Positions 29,442 through 37,478 of a stretch of DNA of 46,212 nt are shown here, piece after piece (position 1 is the first letter of the stretch; every line of letters begins with the position of its first letter). The stretch lies in NCBI GenBank assembly GCA_026391915.1, contig JAPLCZ010000295.1, positions 1-46,212 on the forward strand, read 5' to 3'. The notes beneath the pieces are model-generated. The model made no database searches. It was not told the DNA's origin and was given only the letters and a program-made list of their open reading frames with translations. Source of the DNA: Bacteroidota bacterium. GTDB lineage: Bacteria; Bacteroidota; Bacteroidia; CAILMK01. A program made the translations under genes and the position numbers.

Positions 29442-31200
29442 ACTTCAATCCATTTAATTGTTTCTGAATTTCTTTTTCCAAGGTTTTCGATTCGGCAAAA
29501 AGACTGTCTAAATTGCTTTTAAACCCATTCATTTTGCCTTCAAATTCCGCAGGGCTAATGTCGGTGTATTCAATTTTTACTTCAAAATATTGCCCTGCAC
29601 TTAAGCTGTAGTTTTTTTCTTTTATCTGCTCATAAGAAACCACCACCGTAAAATCTTCAACGGCTTCATGTTTGTTAAAGGTGTTGATAATGCTTTGCTC
29701 TTCGGCATCTGAAAGCAAGGTTTTTTGGTTCTTTCCTTCCTTTACGGTTGTTCCCAGTTTAGATGCATCCATCAAAACAATATCGCCTTTGGTATTGGCT
29801 TTATCCAAAAACAGAATAGATACGTTTGTGCCAGTAGTTGCAAAAATATTGCTTGGCATGCTCACCACACCCCTTAGCATTTTTTGTTCTACTAATCGTT
29901 CTCTTATCTTTTTCTCAATACCGCTTTGTGCCGTAATAAAACCTGTGGGCACAACAATAGCCGCCCTGCCTTTTGCAGTAAGTGAATACATAATGTGTTG
30001 GATAAACAAAGGATAAATAGCCATTTTATCTTTGTCCTTTTTAGGTATATTGGGGAAGCCTGCAAAAAACCTTTCGTTGTTTTGTTTAGTATCTAAATCT
30101 GCTATATAGTCGCTAAAGTCTAGCTTAAAAGGTGGGTTAGAAACTATGTAATCAAAGGTAATCAGCTTTTTATCTGCTGTTTCATGGTAGGGCTTCAAAA
30201 TGGTATTGCCTTGTATGATGTTTTGTATGGAGTGTACAAGGTTGTTTAAGATTAAATTCAACCGCAACATACTACTACTCTTCTGCGAAATATCCTGAGA
30301 ATAAATGGTACATCTGTCTTCGCCAATGGCATGCGCCAAATTCATTAGCAAAGTACCTGAACCTGCCGAGGGGTCGTAACAGGTTACGTTGCTCACGGGC
30401 TTATCTACTAAAATAGAAGCCATGATTTTTGAAACAGCATGTGGTGTATAATACTCTGCATATTTGCCACCGCCATCTTTGTTGTAATCTTTTATGAGGT
30501 ATTCAAAAATGGTAGAGAAGAAATCAAATTTCTGATTAAAGATTTTCTCAAAACTGAAATTGACCAATTGGTTAATAATGGCTTTGCAGAAATTATCCCT
30601 TTCGCTACTATCAGTAATATAATTGCTTATTTCATCAAACAACACAATCTTAGCACCTGTGCCAGTTTTTACAGAGAAAATATCATTATTGAAAATGGCA
30701 ATATCCCGTAAGGTATCATCAAATAATTTTGCAAATTCTTCTTTATCCTGCCTGTTATATAGGTTGGAGAGATAATGTTCTCTTTTGAGTTTGGCGCTAT
30801 CTGGGTTCATCCGTAGCAGCAACATTTCGTATTGCTTATCACTGTATTGGGCAATTTCCTTTTCCCAACTTTCTGCCGTTGCCAGTTTAGGTTCTAATTG
30901 TTTTACTTCGTACCCAAATTTATCATTCATGAATTTATACAGAAACACCTGGGTAATGATTTTGAATTCATTGCCATCGTTCCCTAATCCATAAGAGGTA
31001 CAAACACCTTTCAGGTTATCAATCAGCTCTTTTGTTTGTGCCGTAAAATCTTGTGTTACCATTTTCTTGTTCTCTTGTAAAATTTTGATAGGATTAAAAT
31101 CTGCTTCTGTTTCCATCAACATATTGTCTGTAATATTGTGTTTCAATAGAATTGATTTTACTCTCTCTAATTCTTCATGTTTCTTTTTTTCTTGATTCAT
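29434..31200 (-). CDS. hsdM: Type I R-M N6-adenine methyltransferase
   Basis: EYYTP, DPSAGSG (motif I) and NPPF (motif IV). A likely alternative start is at 31062. Confidence 0.95.
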   Translation of the reverse strand: MNQEKKKHEELERVKSILLKHNITDNMLMETEADFNPIKILQENKKMVTQDFTAQTKELIDNLKGVCTSYGLGNDGNEFKIITQVFLYKFMNDKFGYEVKQLEPKLATAESWEKEIAQYSDKQYEMLLLRMNPDSAKLKREHYLSNLYNRQDKEEFAKLFDDTLRDIAIFNNDIFSVKTGTGAKIVLFDEISNYITDSSERDNFCKAIINQLVNFSFEKIFNQKFDFFSTIFEYLIKDYNKDGGGKYAEYYTPHAVSKIMASILVDKPVSNVTCYDPSAGSGTLLMNLAHAIGEDRCTIYSQDISQKSSSMLRLNLILNNLVHSIQNIIQGNTILKPYHETADKKLITFDYIVSNPPFKLDFSDYIADLDTKQNNERFFAGFPNIPKKDKDKMAIYPLFIQHIMYSLTAKGRAAIVVPTGFITAQSGIEKKIRERLVEQKMLRGVVSMPSNIFATTGTNVSILFLDKANTKGDIVLMDASKLGTTVKEGKNQKTLLSDAEEQSIINTFNKHEAVEDFTVVVSYEQIKEKNYSLSAGQYFEVKIEYTDISPAEFEGKMNGFKSNLDSLFAESKTLEKEIQKQLNGLKYE

Positions 31201-31242
31201 ATATTTTTTAATTAACTACCTTCATATAAAATTAATTCTTTT

Positions 31243-34200
31243 TTATGCTGCATACTTTCCTTGATATTCGTTCATATATTCTTTTATCAAACAGCTATTA
31301 ATGTACCTAGCGGAATCAGGGTCTAGTTCAATTTTGTTTTTACCAAAACCCTCTATCACCATTTTCATCAAAAGCCCTTGAAAGAAGCTCTCATTATCCA
31401 GCATTTTGGTATTAATTAGCACCTTATCGTCCACTTGTATTTTAATGTCCATCAGCGTATCACAAATTGCACTCTCCCGTTTAGAGATGTTGCCTTTCTC
31501 CATAATACGTTTATGCATTCTGGCATATTTGGTATCATTCTCATATTTTGCTTTCAGCAAATTATTCTTGCGGTTGAGCTCTGTTATCTCGTCGTAAATT
31601 TTTTGCAATGCCTCAATATTGTTTTTCATTTCATCTTGTGTTATTTCATCAAGATTTTTTTTGTCAAACAATCTTTTTAGTTCATCATATAAACTAACAA
31701 ATTCAGGGTCATTCTGGTCAAAGTTGCCGCCTAAAGCCTCACGGGTTTTGCGAAGCATATCTTTTAACTCATCAGCTATTACCATTTCTTCTTCCGAAAT
31801 TTTACGGAACATAAACAGTACGTTTTCCAATGCTACATTTAGTAAATTGGTAGTATCCACATTGTTTTCAATATTAGCTTTCAGGTTCAGCAAATCCAAA
31901 TGGCGGGCAGCTTCATTATAAAGTTGATTCAGTTTTTTGAAATCAATTTTATCAAGCATATCAAAATAACCATACAACCGTATGAGGTTGTAAAGGTTTT
32001 TTGCACTCTCCAATGCCTTTTTAATATCCAATACCGTTTTGCGGTCTTCAATCTGGCTTATCTGCTGAGAGAATATTTCTGCGTTATTGGTATCATATTG
32101 CCAGAGTTTTTCTTTAATCTCTTTTATCTCCAGTTCAATCTCTTCTTTTGATTTAAAGAGGTTGGAGTAATGCTGCATTTCATCACCCAATTCGCCTTGC
32201 AATTCATCAAAATAGGCTTTATTAGTTTTATCAAACTCTCTGCTGATGTCGGCAAAGTCTACCACGTAGCCATATCTAAATTTTTTATATGGGCGGTTTA
32301 CACGGGTTAGTGTTTGCAGCAAGTTGTGATCTTTGATTAAACGACCTATGTATAATTTTTTCAAGCGTTTAGCATCAAACCCCGTTTGTAACATTCCATA
32401 CACAAAAAGGAAATCAATTTTGCCGTCTTTGAAACTTTCTATATCCTCTTTTCGGTTATCTTTTGAACCGACATCATGCAGGATTAAAGTAGCTGTAAGA
32501 TTTTTACTTTGACCTTTAATGTAATTACCATATTCAACAGCAGGCTCAGCAGCCATTGCATATGGTTGTACTTCTTCAATTACTTTTTGGGTTGGGTTAT
32601 ATTTGTTGATGAAAATCTCAAATAGTTTCCGTGCTTGGTCTGCACTATCACAAATCACCATTGCCCCAATGGTATGTTCGCCAAAGCGGATACGGCTTTT
32701 TACAAAGTCTTCAACAATGTAATCAAGCATTGGTTCAACAAATTTAGCATGAGCATAGATGATGCGTTTATCCGCATCCCCTTTTAGTATCTCTACTTCT
32801 TTAAGGGCTTCTTGCAATTGAATTTTATAACTGGTTTCTATGTCTTCCCTAATAAGTTTCAGGGTATAGCCATCAGCAATGGAGGCATTGTAATAGTATT
32901 TATGAATGTAGTCACCAAACGTAGCACGAGAAGTTCTGTCTTTGCTAATTAAAGGCGTACCCGTTAAACCAATCAAAATTGCGTTTCTATCAGAATTGAA
33001 AAGGTTAGCTAAAAAACTACCATCTGGACTATAGCTTCGGTGTACTTCATCCAGAAAATAAATCCGTTGTGTACTAATATCGTAATCATTGGTTTTAAGC
33101 ACATCCGTATCCTCTTTAAACTTCTGAATATTTACAACAGTAATTTCTCTTTTCCCTTGCAAGTTGTGTATTGCTTGCTTTTGCTTGAAATTTTTCAACA
33201 GTTCATCTTTTGAACTGACAGTATGCACCACCAAACCTCGGCTTTTAAATTCGTGGTGTGCCTGAATCATTAAGTCTATACGGTCAACGATAAAGTAAAA
33301 TTTTGGGACAATATTTTTCCGCTGAAAATAATCTGTTAGGTATTGCACATTATAATAAGCCAAAGCTGTTTTTCCGCTGCCTTGCGTATGCCAAATAATG
33401 CCTTTCTTTATTCCTTCGTCCAGCTTCTTTTCAATGGCTTTGGTAGCAAACAACTGTGGATACCGCATAATGTGTTTTTCCAATCCATTTGTTTCTTGCA
33501 CATAAGCAATACTGTATTTTAAAATCATAGCAAATCGTTCTTTACTAAAAAGCGAAGTAAGGATACGATTGGTAGGGGAATTGGGTTCTTTATTAGTAAT
33601 AAATTCAGGTGAATGTTTAATGGCTGAAAGATTATTGTCTTTCAAAACCAAATTCTCCAAATCATCATCTTCTGTTTTTAAGAGAGCTGCCAAATCAAAT
33701 TTTTCCTCCTCTCTAAAGCAGTTAAAATTTGCAGATGAATAAGAGGTGGAAGAGTAAAACGCCCCTTGTATGGGTTCAATAGATTCAATATCATATTCCA
33801 TGTTATTGGAGAAAACCAACACTTGAGAAATATTGATAAACTTGCGGAACTTCTTATTTTTGAATCTAACATTGATGCGGTCTCTTTCCTGCAAAACCCC
33901 TTCTTGGTTATTCGGTTTTTTTACTTCAATAAATGCCAGTGGCATTCCATTAATCAAAAGCGTTATATCTGGTCTAAATTCATCATCCCCGTTTTTGTAG
34001 GTAAGTTCCGTTACCACATTTAAGGTATTATTGCTGAAATCTTTGAAGTCAATAAGCTTTATGCCAGAGGTAGCTGTAAGCATATTGTAAAATGCTTCAC
34101 CCAAATCTTCATTGTCTAATGCAAGGCATATATTTTCATAAGCTCTTTTAATATCCCCATCTTCAATATCTGGGTTAAGCCGTTTGATACTTTCATTAAA

Positions 34201-34326
34201 AATATCGGTAAATATATTTGTAGTGATATCCCATTTCGCCTTTGACAACGAAACATAGCTATACCCTAACCTGCACAGGTGCAGGATTGCTGGAAGCTTT
34301 ACTCTTGTATTTTCGTTGAAACTCAT
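31243..34326 (-). CDS. hsdR: Type I R-M restriction subunit
   Basis: PD.TL.ING.P..FIEVK nuclease, HTQGSGKT Walker A, DEVH, TGFD and Q...RVNR motifs. Start 34326 (MSFNE); the ORF-track extension runs through a palindromic repeat. Confidence 0.95.
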   Translation of the reverse strand: MSFNENTRVKLPAILHLCRLGYSYVSLSKAKWDITTNIFTDIFNESIKRLNPDIEDGDIKRAYENICLALDNEDLGEAFYNMLTATSGIKLIDFKDFSNNTLNVVTELTYKNGDDEFRPDITLLINGMPLAFIEVKKPNNQEGVLQERDRINVRFKNKKFRKFINISQVLVFSNNMEYDIESIEPIQGAFYSSTSYSSANFNCFREEEKFDLAALLKTEDDDLENLVLKDNNLSAIKHSPEFITNKEPNSPTNRILTSLFSKERFAMILKYSIAYVQETNGLEKHIMRYPQLFATKAIEKKLDEGIKKGIIWHTQGSGKTALAYYNVQYLTDYFQRKNIVPKFYFIVDRIDLMIQAHHEFKSRGLVVHTVSSKDELLKNFKQKQAIHNLQGKREITVVNIQKFKEDTDVLKTNDYDISTQRIYFLDEVHRSYSPDGSFLANLFNSDRNAILIGLTGTPLISKDRTSRATFGDYIHKYYYNASIADGYTLKLIREDIETSYKIQLQEALKEVEILKGDADKRIIYAHAKFVEPMLDYIVEDFVKSRIRFGEHTIGAMVICDSADQARKLFEIFINKYNPTQKVIEEVQPYAMAAEPAVEYGNYIKGQSKNLTATLILHDVGSKDNRKEDIESFKDGKIDFLFVYGMLQTGFDAKRLKKLYIGRLIKDHNLLQTLTRVNRPYKKFRYGYVVDFADISREFDKTNKAYFDELQGELGDEMQHYSNLFKSKEEIELEIKEIKEKLWQYDTNNAEIFSQQISQIEDRKTVLDIKKALESAKNLYNLIRLYGYFDMLDKIDFKKLNQLYNEAARHLDLLNLKANIENNVDTTNLLNVALENVLFMFRKISEEEMVIADELKDMLRKTREALGGNFDQNDPEFVSLYDELKRLFDKKNLDEITQDEMKNNIEALQKIYDEITELNRKNNLLKAKYENDTKYARMHKRIMEKGNISKRESAICDTLMDIKIQVDDKVLINTKMLDNESFFQGLLMKMVIEGFGKNKIELDPDSARYINSCLIKEYMNEYQGKYAA

Positions 34327-34387
34327 CCTTTTTCTCAGCAGCCAAATTAGCGTTAAAAAGGGAATAAAAGGAAAAGCTATATTTAAT

Positions 34388-34420
34388 CCTCCCCCTGCAC
34401 CCCCTCCAATGAGGGGGACA
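34388..34420. repeat. C/G-rich palindromic repeat (CCCCCTC-CAAT-GAGGGGG)
   Basis: Hairpin with a C-rich tail, architecturally similar to 41354-41384 and 44022-44154. Confidence 0.6.
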
Positions 34421-34582
34421 TCACTCCGATGTTGGTTTCTGCTAAATGGGTTGAGGGTAGGCATCAGGGAAATCATTTAATCATGTGAACAAACGAAGTG
34501 ACTCATGAACTCCTTAATAAAATAAAATACGCGTAAATAATCATGGTTCAGACGTTTTTAAGGTTCAGACAAAAGGAAAGAG

Positions 34583-34605
34583 GCTTCGACAAACTCAGCC
34601 TGACA
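34583..34605 (-). repeat. REP-like unit (TGTCAGGCTGAGTTTGTCGAAGC)
   Basis: GTCA-headed unit similar to those at 4958-5020 and 41397-41460. Confidence 0.65.
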
Positions 34606-34775
34606 ACCGCACTTTTTCCCGTGACAACCGCGCCATTTCCCCCCTAACCCCCTCACCCCACCCTCCACTACAAAAAAAATATTTCAGATTTTTGAACAGA
34701 AATCCAAAGATTAACCATATCTTAGCTGTAGAATTTTTTATATCTATTTTATATCATGTTTTATTTATTCAATTT

Positions 34776-35165
34776 ATGTATTCCTATTCAAAACTTCAGT
34801 GCGGCTGTTTCAGTAAAGCATGCCAAGGCTTTCCTGATTACAAAGGTTTTCTAAACTCTTTTGCAACTGCTTTCCGTAATAGCTGCACTGATTTTTTAAA
34901 ATCCTGTAGCTTTTTAGATGGTGTCCGCAACTACTTAGATAATGTTCGCCCTGCTCTCAACAATCGTTGCACTTACTTGGCTAATGGTTGCACTACTTTA
35001 GATGGATATTGCACTTCTCTCAACAGTTGTTGCACTTCTTTGTTTCAGAAAAATATTTACTTAGATAGTTGTTGCACTTCTCTCAATAATCATTGCACTT
35101 ACTTAGATGATTCCCGCACCACTCTCAAAAGGGGTTGCACTTACTTAGATAATCATCCCCCCTAA
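34776..35165 (+). CDS. Putative 129-aa Cys/Leu heptad-repeat protein
   Basis: ATG 34776 is in frame with ORF 34692..35165. 17 uninterrupted heptads. Coding status is unproven. Confidence 0.5.
   Translation: MYSYSKLQCGCFSKACQGFPDYKGFLNSFATAFRNSCTDFLKSCSFLDGVRNYLDNVRPALNNRCTYLANGCTTLDGYCTSLNSCCTSLFQKNIYLDSCCTSLNNHCTYLDDSRTTLKRGCTYLDNHPP
34800..35156 (+). repeat. Degenerate tandem array of 17 x 21-bp units (consensus about TGCACTTMYYTMRAYRRTNRT)
   Basis: Example units TGCACTTACTTAGATAATCAT, TGCACTTCTCTCAATAATCAT and TGCACTTACTTGGCTAATGGT. No indel across the 357 bp. Confidence 0.85.
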
Positions 35166-35257
35166 AATATTATGCGGCCAAAAGGAAATTTCCATCAGCC
35201 AAAACCTTAAACAATATTATTATTCAATTTTATTTATAAATTTTAAAAAATACCGAA

Positions 35258-36235
35258 ATGACAAATTCAAAAAAAATAAAAAGAAAGTTCAGCAAGCCGG
35301 ACTCCGAAATGGAAACACAGGCTGATAGCTTTGAACAACAATTAGTAGATGATTTAAATGATTTTACTACCTTCCGCCCCAGTTTTAATGTGGGGTATGT
35401 AACTGCCTTCCACGGCGAAATAGTAATTGCCCGTGCTGCTACCCCTCCAGAAATAGGCAGGGCACAATTAACTGCTATCACGCAGCAGGTGGACGAAAAA
35501 ACTGCCGCCTGTGTATTGCTGTTTGCTGATTTAATGTACTCAGTAAAAGAGACTTTTCCTAAGCAACCCGGCATGTGGAAGAGTTTTGGAAGCGGTTTAT
35601 TAACCAAAGCAAGGAAAAGCGGTGGCAAAATGGTGAGCCTTTTAACGGTAGCGCATGATGCTGCTGATGAAAATAGTGCAGCATTAATTGCTAAAGATTA
35701 TACACAGTTAAAGATTGATGCTTTAGGGACAGAGGCTACTGCCCTTGATGTACTTTGCAAGGCGCAGGAAAAGAAGAAAGCTGATAACCGCGCTGATGAA
35801 GAGGATTATGTAAATAAACTCAATTCTGTTTGGGGCATAATGACGGTAATTAGCAAAGCTGCCAAGAGGATTTACAAAGATTCTCCGGCGCACTACCGCA
35901 ATTATTTATTATACCCTGATAGCACCAGCCACGTACAAAACTTTAGTTTGGATATTCCTGCTGGTGGGTTTGTGTCCTTAGCACTTAACCACCCATTGCA
36001 CATTGATACGCTATTGCATATGGTAAATGATGGCGTTACCTTATTACGTATTTGCCGAAGCGAGATAGCGGCAGCTTGTGGCAATATACCGCCTAATGAG
36101 CAGGGCATTCCGCTAAATCCGGGGCAACTTCTGGATATGAATGCTGGAGGCCTTGGCGTAGGTGAATTCTTAATTGTAACTAACCTTGACCCCGCTTTAA
36201 ATGGGCACATAACCATGGTGGTTACTTGGGTGTAG
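35258..36235 (+). CDS. Uncharacterised 325-aa protein (about 220-aa helical N-terminus plus about 100-aa beta-rich C-terminus, no signal peptide)
   Basis: Long ORF with an A-rich translation start context and a downstream terminator. No family I can name with confidence. Confidence 0.8.
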   Translation: MTNSKKIKRKFSKPDSEMETQADSFEQQLVDDLNDFTTFRPSFNVGYVTAFHGEIVIARAATPPEIGRAQLTAITQQVDEKTAACVLLFADLMYSVKETFPKQPGMWKSFGSGLLTKARKSGGKMVSLLTVAHDAADENSAALIAKDYTQLKIDALGTEATALDVLCKAQEKKKADNRADEEDYVNKLNSVWGIMTVISKAAKRIYKDSPAHYRNYLLYPDSTSHVQNFSLDIPAGGFVSLALNHPLHIDTLLHMVNDGVTLLRICRSEIAAACGNIPPNEQGIPLNPGQLLDMNAGGLGVGEFLIVTNLDPALNGHITMVVTWV

Positions 36236-36307
36236 GGGGGGAAGAGTTGTCAGTTTACAGTTATCAGTTGTCAGAAAAAAGCTGAGACCTATTACATTAA
36301 AGTGGGG

Positions 36308-36337
36308 AAAAAGACGGTGTAGCAGCCGTCTTTTTTT
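36308..36337. terminator. Bidirectional intrinsic terminator
   Basis: AAAAAGACGG-TGTAGCAG-CCGTCTTTTTTT between convergent genes. Confidence 0.85.
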
Positions 36338-36356
36338 GTGCTGCAAGGTCTCATAA

Positions 36357-37466
36357 TTATATAATCACAAAATTCTTAATCAACTCCTCTCTAAAGGTTT
36401 TACCAATTGGTATTTTTTTGTCATTCACGGTGAGCTCTTGATAATCAATACTACTGATTAGATCTTTGTTTACTATATAGCTCCTGTGTGTTCTTACAAA
36501 TTTGCTTGATGGCATAATTTCCATCATTTCTTTCATGGTGATATGGGAGACGTAAGTCTTTTTTGAGGTACAAATTTTTACATAGTTACCCAGACTTTCA
36601 AACCAATAAATATCTTCTATAAGCACTCTATAGAGGGTGTTTTTTTCGCGAACAAAAAAGTATTTATCAGTATCCCCAAAGCTTTCTTCCTTCTTGATAA
36701 TTTTATTAAATCTGCTTGGGGTGTCATCTTCCAAATCAGGTCGTAAGGTTAATACATATCCATCAATACCTTTATCCTCAAAAACTGAAAGCTTACCAGT
36801 AACTCTAACTTTATTTCCACTTTTATTAATGATGAAAATATTGTCGCTTAAGGTTTCATCCAACTTAATACTTTCTGCCTCTGGCAGGCTTTGTATAATA
36901 TCCCAACCTGGCCCATCTTCAATTTCTAAAACATCATTTACTGGCGTGCCTTGATTTTCATCTACTGGCCAGCCTGTAATATCTTCTGCATTAGGATTAC
37001 AAAATTGTATTTCACCTGCTTTGTTGATGATAAAAACGGCATCTTCCAGCGCATCAATCACTGCACTGTAACGCGTAAGGTTATCTGAAAGAATTTTGTT
37101 TTTTTCATGATTGGCAATAGCTAAAGTGATACTTGCCTTGATGTTATCTGGGCGGTAAGGTTTTACAATATAGCCATACTGCTCAGTACTTTGTGCCTTA
37201 TTAATAGTATCGGCATCGGTTCGGGCAGTGACAAAAATTACAGGGATATCAAATCTGAGGCTCATAACATTAGCAACCTCAATCCCATCCTTTTCTCCTT
37301 CCAGATTAATATCTGAAAAAGCTAACTCTGGATTTCCCTCCTCTGCTAGTTTAATGGCTTGGTCATAACTTGCTGCATGCCCCACTACCTCATGTCCTAG
37401 TTTATGCAGAACCTTGGATAAGGTGGCTGCTGACATTGGTTCATCTTCAACAATAAGTATCTTCAT
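36357..37466 (-). CDS. Response regulator, REC-PAS-LytTR architecture
   Basis: ILIVEDE, SDINL (phospho-Asp), VTA and KP in the receiver; DAVF.....G.I.F.N..AE..TG PAS; ES.GNY and F.R.HRSYIVN LytTR. Confidence 0.9.
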   Translation of the reverse strand: MKILIVEDEPMSAATLSKVLHKLGHEVVGHAASYDQAIKLAEEGNPELAFSDINLEGEKDGIEVANVMSLRFDIPVIFVTARTDADTINKAQSTEQYGYIVKPYRPDNIKASITLAIANHEKNKILSDNLTRYSAVIDALEDAVFIINKAGEIQFCNPNAEDITGWPVDENQGTPVNDVLEIEDGPGWDIIQSLPEAESIKLDETLSDNIFIINKSGNKVRVTGKLSVFEDKGIDGYVLTLRPDLEDDTPSRFNKIIKKEESFGDTDKYFFVREKNTLYRVLIEDIYWFESLGNYVKICTSKKTYVSHITMKEMMEIMPSSKFVRTHRSYIVNKDLISSIDYQELTVNDKKIPIGKTFREELIKNFVII

Positions 37467-37478
37467 TTTTGATTTTGT

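Noticed and set aside
34327-34476. Hydrophobic N-terminal extension of HsdR
   Set aside because: It translates a palindromic repeat and spacer; MSFNE at 34326 is the plausible start.
34800-35156. CRISPR array interpretation of the 21-bp repeats
   Set aside because: Units are contiguous and degenerate, with no repeat-spacer alternation and no cas genes.
34800-35156. Antisense coiled-coil ORF over the array
   Set aside because: The minus-strand frames I checked are interrupted by TAA/TGA stops, and the ORF track lists no minus-strand ORF here.
26100-36300. Prophage, ICE or IS as carrier of the defence block
   Set aside because: No integrase, transposase, phage gene, tRNA target or flanking direct repeat was recognised.
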